Assembly (NCBI GenBank): GCA_046536675.1
Contig: JAWDMK010000002.1
Coordinates: 1 to 58,292, forward strand
Direction: 5' to 3'
Length of the DNA: 58,292 nucleotides
DNA from: Candidatus Micrarchaeota archaeon
GTDB lineage: Archaea > Micrarchaeota > Micrarchaeia > Micrarchaeales > CABMGC01
Positions 9,808 to 18,459 of the stretch are shown here, in pieces. Under the pieces are notes generated by a model. That model was not told the origin of the DNA, did not search any database, and was given only the letters and a program-made list of their open reading frames with translations. The position numbers and the translations under genes were made by a program. How positions within the stretch are numbered: position 1 is the first letter of the stretch; each line of letters starts with the position of its first letter.

Positions 9808-11252
9808 GGCTAGCATTGTTAACTATAGTGCTAATGCTAATTCCTTTAGCCTCAGCTAGCGGTTTAACTATAACAAGCTTTAGCGTACTTGAAAACTGGA
9901 TTTCCATACTTACACTGGCAATACTTATAGGCATATTTATAGTAAGCTTTATCTATTTTGCTGGTAGCCTGCTCAACAGCTCACGTATCAAAGAAACTGC
10001 GATAAATGAGCTTGGCCAACTGATTGGAACTGTTATAATTGCGGTTATTATAATAGCTATAGTTGAATTTTTTGGAAGCGCAAGCGTAACTGCTCTTACT
10101 GCAAATACAATAGGAGGTAATGTAATGCAGATATGCCAGCAACTATCAAATGATCAATTCAATCTTGTGAATAGCAATAGTATTACTAGCCCTACCAACA
10201 CAATATGCGCTGCTACAAATAAAGTATATTCAAATATACAGAATGGTGGTGGCAGCGGTATAGACACAGCATTATTTGCTGATTATGACTTAATGGCAAG
10301 CTATATTATTGTTGCAAACCTAACAAGCCAGATGGCGCAGAATCTAGACGCACTTTACCAGTATGAAAATTATATTGGATTTCTTTCAACACTTACTCCA
10401 AATACTACCTACTGCGAATCTGCTACACCAATACCACCATTGTTTGAAGCGTGGTGTATTGTTCCTATCAATCCTAGGGCACTAAGTGTAAGTGTTTCTT
10501 TTACACCTTATAAAGGATATACCATACTTAAGGAGATATCAAAACCCATAGAGATGCAGGGCTATATGATCTTCGAAATCTATTTGATAGAATTGCTATC
10601 TATAATAACTTTTATCTATGCATGGCCCTACCTGCTCGCTGCTGGCATAATCTTAAAGGCGAGCATGTTTACTAGAAGAGTAGGAGGTATGCTCATAGGA
10701 ATAGTAATAGGAGGACTTATAATATTTCCTATAATATTCCTTATGGAATATGTCTCTTTAAACAATGCAACACTTGGGCCTATAGGGGCAAGTCCAAATA
10801 CAATACCAGTATTTACAATGTACGGTAATACACTTAAAGGAAATCCTGTTGTTTACAATTCAAACACAATAAACTTCTTTGTGTTTCCAAACGCAACAAA
10901 TATAGTAAATTATTATGGCTGTTATCCTTATGGAGGAAATATTTACTTGAGCGAGCTAGGCATATCGGCTTATTTTATGTTTCCTGGCGTGGGGATATAC
11001 AATCTGCTTGCATATGGAATAGGAGGTATGGTAGTAGGGAGCTTGCCTGATATACCACTAACTGTTGTTTCGTGCCAACCTCAAAATGCGCTTACGCTTA
11101 TATTCCATTTTGCAGATCTATACGGAATTATAGGGGTTACAGGCTATATACTACCAATAATAAATATATTGATACTGATCTCCGCAATCAAAGGGATATC
11201 TCAGCTTATGGGTGGTGATACAAATCTGCTTGGATTAGGTAGACTTGTATGA
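9798..11252 (+). CDS. cluster paralog 3 with signal peptide and large extracytoplasmic loop
   Basis: 484 aa, overlapping the previous gene by 10 nt. Signal peptide LMLIPLASA/SG. Core motif GIILKASMFTRRVGGMLIGIVIGGLIIFP. Tail QLMGGDTNLLGLGRLV. Confidence 0.75.
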   Translation: MELRLALLTIVLMLIPLASASGLTITSFSVLENWISILTLAILIGIFIVSFIYFAGSLLNSSRIKETAINELGQLIGTVIIAVIIIAIVEFFGSASVTALTANTIGGNVMQICQQLSNDQFNLVNSNSITSPTNTICAATNKVYSNIQNGGGSGIDTALFADYDLMASYIIVANLTSQMAQNLDALYQYENYIGFLSTLTPNTTYCESATPIPPLFEAWCIVPINPRALSVSVSFTPYKGYTILKEISKPIEMQGYMIFEIYLIELLSIITFIYAWPYLLAAGIILKASMFTRRVGGMLIGIVIGGLIIFPIIFLMEYVSLNNATLGPIGASPNTIPVFTMYGNTLKGNPVVYNSNTINFFVFPNATNIVNYYGCYPYGGNIYLSELGISAYFMFPGVGIYNLLAYGIGGMVVGSLPDIPLTVVSCQPQNALTLIFHFADLYGIIGVTGYILPIINILILISAIKGISQLMGGDTNLLGLGRLV

Positions 11253-12355
11253 ATAAAAGAATAATACTGTTGATTATACTTGCTGCAATTATTCTTGCTA
11301 GAACTTCTTATGCACAAACACCTGATCCTTGCTACTATCTATATAATGGAGAGCTACCAAGCACATTTGGCGCTTTGAGTAATGCTTCAACATACAAAGG
11401 GCTTATAGGCTATTCGATGCTCATAATACTCACAGTGCTTATGATTGTTGCCTTCTTGTATGCGATAGGAATAGCCTTCAAGATAAGCAGCCTCATTTCG
11501 TTTTCTAAAAATGAGATACTCGAAAATGTGCTTAACTTTATCCTAATATTATTTGTAGCTGGCGGAATTGCAGGGGTAGATGGTATTGTTATAGGCATTG
11601 CGCAATTTAGCGCATCTGCGGTGAGCACAACCCAGCCAAGCATTACGAGCACATCTAGCCTATACCACAGTGCCTGTGAATATTACTATGGCGATGCAAT
11701 TGGTGAGATAGCAAACCTAATCCCACTTGCTCTAACAGTTTTTATGTTCAACATTGTTTCTTTGATTCAATTTAACTTTATGCCAAATGGATTTGGCGTT
11801 TCTTTACAGCCATTCGCATGGATTGGCTTGCTTTCTAAAATGGCGAGTTCGTTTAGCTTGCCTATTGTTGCTATAACTGGAATAGAGCTTATTAATGTAT
11901 ACCTGCTAGCGATAATATATTACATTTTCCCTCTTTTCCTTTACCTTGGAATACTTTTCCGCACTTTTCCATGGACTAGGCCAATCGGAGGGGCTCTTCT
12001 AGGATTATTTATCTCATTTTATGTGTTTTATCCTGCACTAATATACGCGATTTCAAGCATCACCGCTTCATCAAGTATGCAGACTCTTGCACAAAGCACT
12101 ATAACAACTCTTGCAAACAAGCTACAAGGAAGCCTTACAAGTGGTCTAACAACATCGATTAATCCTGGCCTAATGGTCTCATCAACATTTGCTTCTTTAA
12201 TAATCACATATGCGGAAATTATCGCTATGGGTGGTATAAATACTATAGGTATATTGATCTCTTTAGTTATATGTTTTGACCTCATAGAAGCGTTTGGAGA
12301 CTTGTTGGGTGCACCATCGCTTGCGCATGGTGGCATTCTTAGGAAGGTGATATGA
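11249..12355 (+). CDS. cluster paralog 4 with signal peptide
   Basis: 368 aa with a 4 nt ATGA-type overlap. Signal peptide AAIILARTSYA/QT. Core motif GILFRTFPWTRPIGGALLGLFISFYVFYP. Tail FGDLLGAPSLAHGGILRKVI. Confidence 0.75.
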   Translation: MNKRIILLIILAAIILARTSYAQTPDPCYYLYNGELPSTFGALSNASTYKGLIGYSMLIILTVLMIVAFLYAIGIAFKISSLISFSKNEILENVLNFILILFVAGGIAGVDGIVIGIAQFSASAVSTTQPSITSTSSLYHSACEYYYGDAIGEIANLIPLALTVFMFNIVSLIQFNFMPNGFGVSLQPFAWIGLLSKMASSFSLPIVAITGIELINVYLLAIIYYIFPLFLYLGILFRTFPWTRPIGGALLGLFISFYVFYPALIYAISSITASSSMQTLAQSTITTLANKLQGSLTSGLTTSINPGLMVSSTFASLIITYAEIIAMGGINTIGILISLVICFDLIEAFGDLLGAPSLAHGGILRKVI

Positions 12356-13402
12356 TTGTTTAGCATTGATTATCTGTTAATGCAAGAATGCTTAAACAGC
12401 ATAAACAGTTTCCTCACCGCGCCATACACAGCATGGTTTCCAATAACTTTGATAGCTGCGACATTAATTATAGTTATACTTGCTGCAATCTATTTATTTG
12501 CCCCACTCATGGGAAGAGAGGATATAAGAAGGAATATAGGCATAATGATTTACCAAACACTATTCGGCATTGTTCTAATAATGGCATTTGGCATATTTGC
12601 AACTTGGCTGTGCTCCTTTAACGCAGAAAGCCTCCTACAAAGTCTAAACCTAATCCTAGTGACTAGCATAGCCCCTCAAAATGCAAACCTATATGAAACC
12701 GCAGTATATGATCTTTACTGGTTTACGAATCATGGGGCTCTTGCAAATGCAAATAATTTCCTGTTCTTGTTATACGCTGGTTTGAATATTGGACCATCGC
12801 TAAGCATTGAAATAAACTTTATACCTGGCATCCAAAATCTGGGAATTTCGGTAAATGCCCCATTCACCGCTAGCAGCGTTCTAGGCTCTTATTTCAGTTA
12901 TATGAGCCAAGCACTCAGCTGGCTCTTCATAATAAATGACTTGCAGTTTATTATAATATCGGCTGCACCAATAATCTTTGCCATATTTGTATCTATAGGA
13001 CTTATTGCTAGGCTTTTTGGCTTCTCGCGCAATTTTGGTGGCTCACTAATAGCACTTGGCGTTGGTATAGGCTTTGTATATCCACTAATGGTAAGCATAA
13101 CATATGGTTTCATAAATGTAGCCTATAGCCAGCTTTATAATAGTATATTTATAAATATAGCTACAAGTACGTTTGGCACAAACATACAGAGCGCGCTTGC
13201 AAGTTTAGCCTCAGGTTCGGCACTGGTTAATCTATTCTTAAGTAGTATTTATGCTATAGTAAACCTAGTAGGCTTTACAGCTACTGCTTCTCTTATTTTA
13301 CCCATGCTCAACTTTGTCGTTGTTAATACTTTTGTAATTGATTTCTCCCAGGCTTTTGGAGAGAGGTTAGATTTTATGAGTTTGCTTACAAATATAATAT
13401 AG
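12356..13402 (+). CDS. cluster paralog 5
   Basis: 348 aa, abutting the previous stop. Core motif GLIARLFGFSRNFGGSLIALGVGIGFVYP. Tail AFGERLDFMSLLTNII. It ends in TAG followed immediately by TGA. Confidence 0.75.
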   Translation: MFSIDYLLMQECLNSINSFLTAPYTAWFPITLIAATLIIVILAAIYLFAPLMGREDIRRNIGIMIYQTLFGIVLIMAFGIFATWLCSFNAESLLQSLNLILVTSIAPQNANLYETAVYDLYWFTNHGALANANNFLFLLYAGLNIGPSLSIEINFIPGIQNLGISVNAPFTASSVLGSYFSYMSQALSWLFIINDLQFIIISAAPIIFAIFVSIGLIARLFGFSRNFGGSLIALGVGIGFVYPLMVSITYGFINVAYSQLYNSIFINIATSTFGTNIQSALASLASGSALVNLFLSSIYAIVNLVGFTATASLILPMLNFVVVNTFVIDFSQAFGERLDFMSLLTNII

Positions 13403-13409
13403 TGATGTT

Positions 13410-14558
13410 ATGAATATTAAAAGGATTAATATTACCATTGCATTCTTTGTTGCATTAATTATTTTATCACAGATTGCAGGTGCGAAAATATCACCTCCAC
13501 CACCTCCAATACCTCCAATAGGTGGTGGAGGTGGTGGGCCTGGAAATAATGTACCGCAGAGCGTGGGCTACTGCCCTAACCAATTTAGCATAAATGCGAT
13601 TGCACCATGGTACTGCAGCCAGATAAATCAGGCGGCTTATAAAGTATTTACAGATTGGGAGCCCCTTCTTATGCTGGCGGTCTTGTTTAGCTTCATGATT
13701 GCTGCAGTAATTTTTGTAGCAGGTATTGCAGCAAGAAACAACAAGCTTAGAAGTTATGGCATAGGTGAATTTTACGAGGCGGGGGCTAGCCTTATCTTTG
13801 TTGTATTCTTTATGCTTCTTGCGGCGCTAATCTTTGGTATAATACCTGGCTTATATATAGGGGAAGACCCATATAACACAAGTCTTACATATATTTACAA
13901 TACAATAGATGCAACCCAGGGCTTACTTACAGCATTATATAATCCGGCTATGCTTGCTTATTTCTACACAAGCATAAGCATAACAGTAAGTACTCTAGCC
14001 ACAGTCTCAACGATATTAGGGTACGCTGCTATACCACTTGAGATACTGTTTATTATACCGGCGACTGCACTCTCTTCCTTGCTTGTAGAAGGTCTTCTGG
14101 TGCTTTACGCTGAATTCTACCTTATACTATTTGCTATGTATGCCTCTATACCTGTGTTCCTTATACCAGGTATATTCCTACGCTCCATAATGCCCACAAG
14201 GAGTGTTGGAGGTCTTCTCATAGGTGCTGCAATTGGTTTTTACTTTATACTCCCGACTCTCTTCTCAATAGCATTCTTCTTTACTTCTAAAGGTACTATG
14301 CAAACATTTATTGCAGCAACAGCACAGCTTAATAGTATATCACAGGGTAGCAACGCTATAACAAATGGGGCATTGCCAAATGGCCAAAATTCCATACCGC
14401 AGGAGATAAAGACAATACAAGAAGGCATGGGCTCTTTCTGGATCTCTGTTATATTCTATCCAGCACTCATACTTGCATTAACATACTTCTCTATAACAAC
14501 GATAGCAGACCTTCTTGGCGGAATGCGTCCAAGTGGGGGATTATTAAGCAGAATATAA
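13410..14558 (+). CDS. cluster paralog 6 with signal peptide and Pro/Gly linker
   Basis: 382 aa. Signal peptide LIILSQIAGA/K, then SPPPPPIPPIGGGGGGPG. Core motif GIFLRSIMPTRSVGGLLIGAAIGFYFILP. Tail LLGGMRPSGGLLSRI. Confidence 0.75.
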   Translation: MNIKRINITIAFFVALIILSQIAGAKISPPPPPIPPIGGGGGGPGNNVPQSVGYCPNQFSINAIAPWYCSQINQAAYKVFTDWEPLLMLAVLFSFMIAAVIFVAGIAARNNKLRSYGIGEFYEAGASLIFVVFFMLLAALIFGIIPGLYIGEDPYNTSLTYIYNTIDATQGLLTALYNPAMLAYFYTSISITVSTLATVSTILGYAAIPLEILFIIPATALSSLLVEGLLVLYAEFYLILFAMYASIPVFLIPGIFLRSIMPTRSVGGLLIGAAIGFYFILPTLFSIAFFFTSKGTMQTFIAATAQLNSISQGSNAITNGALPNGQNSIPQEIKTIQEGMGSFWISVIFYPALILALTYFSITTIADLLGGMRPSGGLLSRI

Positions 14559-14614
14559 GTTTATGAGTTTCTTAGTATAGTTTATAACTTTATTTCTTTA
14601 ATATATTTTTATAA

Positions 14615-15436
14615 GTGACCAATGTGCCCAACTTCCAGATATTAATCTTTGGCATATTTGCAACTGCAGCCTTTGCGTTCGCAATAGTTGCATCTACATT
14701 TCCGGCATCTCTGCTTAAGTTTGTTCTTGGTTTGCTTGCTCTATTCTTTGCTGTATTAGCCTTTTCAATGAGGTACTACTACTATATAGTAATACCATTC
14801 ATTCATGCAAAAGGCAAAACAATTCTGCTTGATGAGAAGGAGCCTTTCATTATTGCGCCAAATGGAAATGCTATAATAGGCAAAGAAGGTGGCTTTACAT
14901 ATGCTACAATGTTCATTAGAATTCCTATCTACTCTTCTTCTACAGAGATGAGCGAAGAGGAGAGGTACGACTTTTCAAATTTATTTAGCAAGCTGGTTTC
15001 GCTAAGCAAGAACCCGATAAAGATAACAACACAGCTCAACATATTAAACAAGGATGACTATATAAACAAAGTAAGAGACAAGCTTAATGATGCTGAAACA
15101 AGATATAATACTACACTTGGCAAGAAGGATGCAAAGCCAGAAGAGGTGGAAAGGGCAAAGGGCGAGGTTACAATGTGGCATAACCTTCTTGACGCGATTT
15201 CAAATGCTAATTCACTCATCGCTATATCTTATGCCTCTGTAACAGCTATGGGTGGGAATGATGAAGAGGCGATTAACCTTGCAATGCAGAGTGCAAATGA
15301 GATTATGGCGGGTATTAACTCAACATACGGAGTTGTTTCAGACATTATATCTACTCCTGAACTTCTAATGCTTATTGAACCAGATTATATGATTCCATTC
15401 TCAACAATAAACCAACAGATAAAGGGTATGGGATAA
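14615..15436 (+). CDS. TM-hairpin plus cytoplasmic domain protein, paralog A (VirB3/VirB4-N-like hypothesis)
   Basis: 273 aa with a GTG start. Two N-terminal TMs precede a roughly 200 aa soluble domain that begins ILLDEKEPFIIAPNGNAIIGKEGGFTYATMFIRIP. It lies upstream of the ATPase. Confidence 0.6.
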   Translation: MTNVPNFQILIFGIFATAAFAFAIVASTFPASLLKFVLGLLALFFAVLAFSMRYYYYIVIPFIHAKGKTILLDEKEPFIIAPNGNAIIGKEGGFTYATMFIRIPIYSSSTEMSEEERYDFSNLFSKLVSLSKNPIKITTQLNILNKDDYINKVRDKLNDAETRYNTTLGKKDAKPEEVERAKGEVTMWHNLLDAISNANSLIAISYASVTAMGGNDEEAINLAMQSANEIMAGINSTYGVVSDIISTPELLMLIEPDYMIPFSTINQQIKGMG

Positions 15437-16260
15437 TGGATGAAACCACGCTTATCTATATTGCAGTTTCTGCGATGGCGATACTGCTTGTGCTAGTAGA
15501 AGCTACAACCTATGGAATTTTTGCTATACCAATAGCTGTGTTTGCAATAATCGCCATACTTACCCTTCTGCTTATAAATTATGCTGATTTCATTATATTC
15601 CCGCTTATAACAAGAATATTAAAAATGAGGATAATACCTGCTAAGAATTACTATATCCCAAAGGAGCAGGATTGTGTTATAAAGAGTGCAAATGGGGTAT
15701 ATTATGCAACAGGTTATCTTACCGCAAACCTATATAATTATGTATTTACAAGCGAGGAAAGCGAAGAAGATGAAACCCTGCTTATTGATGCACCAACAAG
15801 ATGGGAAAGGGCGATGATGAGCATCAAGTTTCCATTTAAGTATAATCTAATAGTTGCAGCACAGGATGTGCAGAGCTACAGAGAGGAGCTTGAAGGTAAG
15901 CTAAGTCTATTAAATTTCAAGCTTTCGAGGGAGATGAGCAGTGGCAACCCGAGCCAAATGGCGATAGATGATCTTCAGAGGCAGATAAGAATAGTGCAAG
16001 CCAGGATTGATAGACTTTCTAGCGGTGAAAAACCTATTCAGAGCTTAATGTACATTGAAAGTACAGCGGTAGGGGTAAGCGAAAAGGCAGCGATGGATGC
16101 ACTTTCTAACCAGCTAAGGCAGATTCAGACAGTAATGAGTGGATTTGACTTAAACATTACAAGAATAACCGGAAGAGAACTTTATTATCTTTTTAAGTTT
16201 AATTATTTTATTCCAATAAGTATGAGAGATTTGATGAGTTTATTTGCATACCAGAAATAG
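15436..16260 (+). CDS. TM-hairpin plus cytoplasmic domain protein, paralog B
   Basis: 274 aa. Its start overlaps the previous stop by 1 nt. It has the same architecture, with the soluble domain beginning PKEQDCVIKSANGVYYATGYLTANL, then a coiled segment. Confidence 0.6.
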   Translation: MDETTLIYIAVSAMAILLVLVEATTYGIFAIPIAVFAIIAILTLLLINYADFIIFPLITRILKMRIIPAKNYYIPKEQDCVIKSANGVYYATGYLTANLYNYVFTSEESEEDETLLIDAPTRWERAMMSIKFPFKYNLIVAAQDVQSYREELEGKLSLLNFKLSREMSSGNPSQMAIDDLQRQIRIVQARIDRLSSGEKPIQSLMYIESTAVGVSEKAAMDALSNQLRQIQTVMSGFDLNITRITGRELYYLFKFNYFIPISMRDLMSLFAYQK

Positions 16261-17767
16261 TGTTGCTATGAGCCTAATAAAAATTCAAAACATAATGAGC
16301 AACGAACTCGCAAAGAGAGTATTCATAAGCAAACCTCCAGAGCCGCCAGCCAATTATCTGCTAAACGATCCAACAAATGCGATATTTCTCGGTCTTACAA
16401 AGATATTTAATGTTCCGTTTACCTGGACATTTGCAAATCTTACCAACCCACATATCGCTGTTGTAGGTATAACAGGAGCAGGAAAGAGCTTCCTTGTTAA
16501 AACGTTCCTTATAAGGGCCAGCTATGTATGGAATGCGAATGCGATAATAATAGACTGGGCTGGAGAATATAAAGCCTGGGTAAAGCAGAGTGGAGGCACT
16601 GTTGTATCTCTAGGAAAAGGAGATTACCTTAATATAATGGATTTAATAGGGATAAAACCTTTAGACAGGGTAAAGCAAATTATGAACTCATTTGAGATAC
16701 TTACAGATATTGGAGATTACCCAGAGCAAAGAAGACTCACACAAGAGGCGATAGAACAGGCTTATGTGAATGCAGGTTTCAATCTAGCAGAGATTCCAGA
16801 CTCTAGCAAAGAGCCACCAACCTTAACAAATGTTATAGCACTTCTACAGGAGAAGCTGCAAGAAGGAACATACGAGTATCCTGCAGAACTTGAAAATGCG
16901 ATTTATAGGCTTAGACAATTCGTAAGGGAAGGCGAAGACTATTTTGCAAAAAAGAGCACATTAGATCTAGGCAAGCTTGCCTCATCAGGTCTTGTAGATA
17001 TTGATTTATCAGGCTTACCTGACGAAACGTTCAGGGCGCTTGCTGCTTTGTTCATATTGCAATCATTAAAAGAAAGAATGAGGATAGAAGGATGGAGCGC
17101 CTCTAAAGGGATTAAGGCGATAGTTGTTCTTGACGAGGCTTGGAAAATAGCTGGCGATGAGAGAAGTGATGCTGTAACTATAGTGAGGGAAGGCAGGAAG
17201 TACCAATTTGCACTAATAGTTGCTTCCCAAAACCCTACAGACATTAACGAAGCTATATTCTCAAACGTTGGCACAAATATTATATTAAGGGTAAAATTCG
17301 AGAGGTTTATGGATTACTTGCAAGACTCACTAAACTTCTCTTCATTTATAAGGGGAGAAATAGGCAAATTTGGCGTTGGACAAGCTGCTGTTGACATGTC
17401 GTTCCAAACATCTGTAAAGTTTCCAGAAACATTCTTGCTTGAGAGGATTATAGGCGAAGTACCGCTTGATGTATATACACTCCTTATTAAAGATATACTT
17501 ACCAATGATGAGCTTAAGAATCCAAATATATCAAGCGAGTATTACTTCGAAAAGATAAGCTTAAAGAGCAGGCTTATTGATGTTAATGTGCCAAATGAAG
17601 CGATTGATAAGCTTTTTGAAATACTCGATTCGCAAGACAAGATTATAGACTCAAGGAGTTTTGCAAAACTCCTTCTAAGCTATGGAGTTGACAAAGAAAG
17701 CATTATTTCATTCTTTAGATATCTTGGCGTAGAGGATGCACTTATAACCAGGATCTTTGCAGGCTGA
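16244..17767 (+). CDS. FtsK-HerA superfamily P-loop ATPase of VirB4/TrbE/HerA(DUF87)-like type
   Basis: Walker A is HIAVVGITGAGKSF and Walker B is AIVVLDEAWK. REGRKYQFALIVASQNPTDI...NIILRV resembles the arginine-finger/sensor block of VirB4 and HerA-like ATPases. The likely true start is the ATG at 16268 (MSLIKIQ). At about 500 aa it is short for VirB4. Confidence 0.75.
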   Translation: MHTRNSVAMSLIKIQNIMSNELAKRVFISKPPEPPANYLLNDPTNAIFLGLTKIFNVPFTWTFANLTNPHIAVVGITGAGKSFLVKTFLIRASYVWNANAIIIDWAGEYKAWVKQSGGTVVSLGKGDYLNIMDLIGIKPLDRVKQIMNSFEILTDIGDYPEQRRLTQEAIEQAYVNAGFNLAEIPDSSKEPPTLTNVIALLQEKLQEGTYEYPAELENAIYRLRQFVREGEDYFAKKSTLDLGKLASSGLVDIDLSGLPDETFRALAALFILQSLKERMRIEGWSASKGIKAIVVLDEAWKIAGDERSDAVTIVREGRKYQFALIVASQNPTDINEAIFSNVGTNIILRVKFERFMDYLQDSLNFSSFIRGEIGKFGVGQAAVDMSFQTSVKFPETFLLERIIGEVPLDVYTLLIKDILTNDELKNPNISSEYYFEKISLKSRLIDVNVPNEAIDKLFEILDSQDKIIDSRSFAKLLLSYGVDKESIISFFRYLGVEDALITRIFAG

Positions 17768-18071
17768 TCAAATGGGAGAGACATTTATTGTAAACAGAAT
17801 TGAATTAAGGCGAAACCTTACCATTCTGGGAGTAAGCGAGCTTAATATAGATAAGCTTGAGGCAGAGCTTGATAAAAGGCATAGGCATGTAAATGCTGTT
17901 GCATTTGCAGAACTCTTACAAAAAGCAGGCCTAAGAAGGGAAGAGATAATAAATATATTTAGAAGGATAGGGGTTGATGATGTAAAAATAACAGATATAA
18001 TGAATACACTTGATGAAGAAAAGATAAATGAAGCTTATGGCAGAGTAGTTGAACTTGATGTAGGTGATTAG
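17757..18071 (+). CDS. small helical protein homologous to the C-terminal tail of the preceding ATPase
   Basis: 104 aa. LGVSELNIDKLEAELDKRHRHVNAVAFAELLQKAGLRREEIINIFRRIGVDDVKITDIM aligns by eye with the ATPase C-terminus VNVPNEAIDKLFEILDSQDKIIDSRSFAKLLLSYGVDKESIISFFRYLGVEDALITRIF. Confidence 0.6.
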   Translation: MQADQMGETFIVNRIELRRNLTILGVSELNIDKLEAELDKRHRHVNAVAFAELLQKAGLRREEIINIFRRIGVDDVKITDIMNTLDEEKINEAYGRVVELDVGD

Positions 18072-18446
18072 ATAAGGGGCTATTGCATAATCTGTGGCAA
18101 GGAAAGGCAGGGTAGAGAGATAGAAGAAGATTATATTATAAAGGCAATAAGATGGTTCAAGAGGAACATAACAAAGAATGAACAGGGTAACAAGCTAATT
18201 GTTTGTAAAGAATGTTATCCTAAATACTTAAAATATAGGAGTAGATTTGTAAGAAGGCAGATACTTTACCTTGTGCTGGGCTTCCTCTTTTTAGTGTTTG
18301 GCCTTATAGTCTCACCAAGGCTAAGCACACTGCTTATCGGCATTCTGCTTATTCTCTTTCTTTACCTCCTCTCGCTTCTAAACTATATGCCAAAAGTTAA
18401 GGAAACTAGCAAGGATAAACAAATTTATACCTTAACAAAGAAATAA
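18072..18446 (+). CDS. start-less ORF: zinc-ribbon (CxxC...CxxC) plus two TM helices, in frame directly after the TAG of the previous gene
   Basis: 124 sense codons follow the TAG at 18069-18071 with no ATG/GTG/TTG before codon 70 or so. Translation: IRGYCIICGKERQGREIEEDYIIKAIRWFKRNITKNEQGNKLIVCKECYPKYLKYRSRFVRRQILYLVLGFLFLVFGLIVSPRLSTLLIGILLILFLYLLSLLNYMPKVKETSKDKQIYTLTKK. It looks protein-like. It is missing from the ORF track. Confidence 0.4.
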   Translation: MRGYCIICGKERQGREIEEDYIIKAIRWFKRNITKNEQGNKLIVCKECYPKYLKYRSRFVRRQILYLVLGFLFLVFGLIVSPRLSTLLIGILLILFLYLLSLLNYMPKVKETSKDKQIYTLTKK

Positions 18447-18459
18447 GAGTAGTGGTTAA

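Noticed and set aside
18069-18071. TAG as a pyrrolysine or globally reassigned sense codon
   Set aside because: TAG clearly terminates other genes here (12356-13402 ends TAG-TGA; 15436-16260 ends in TAG). No pyl genes are visible. Only local readthrough, a non-canonical start or a sequence error remain as hypotheses.
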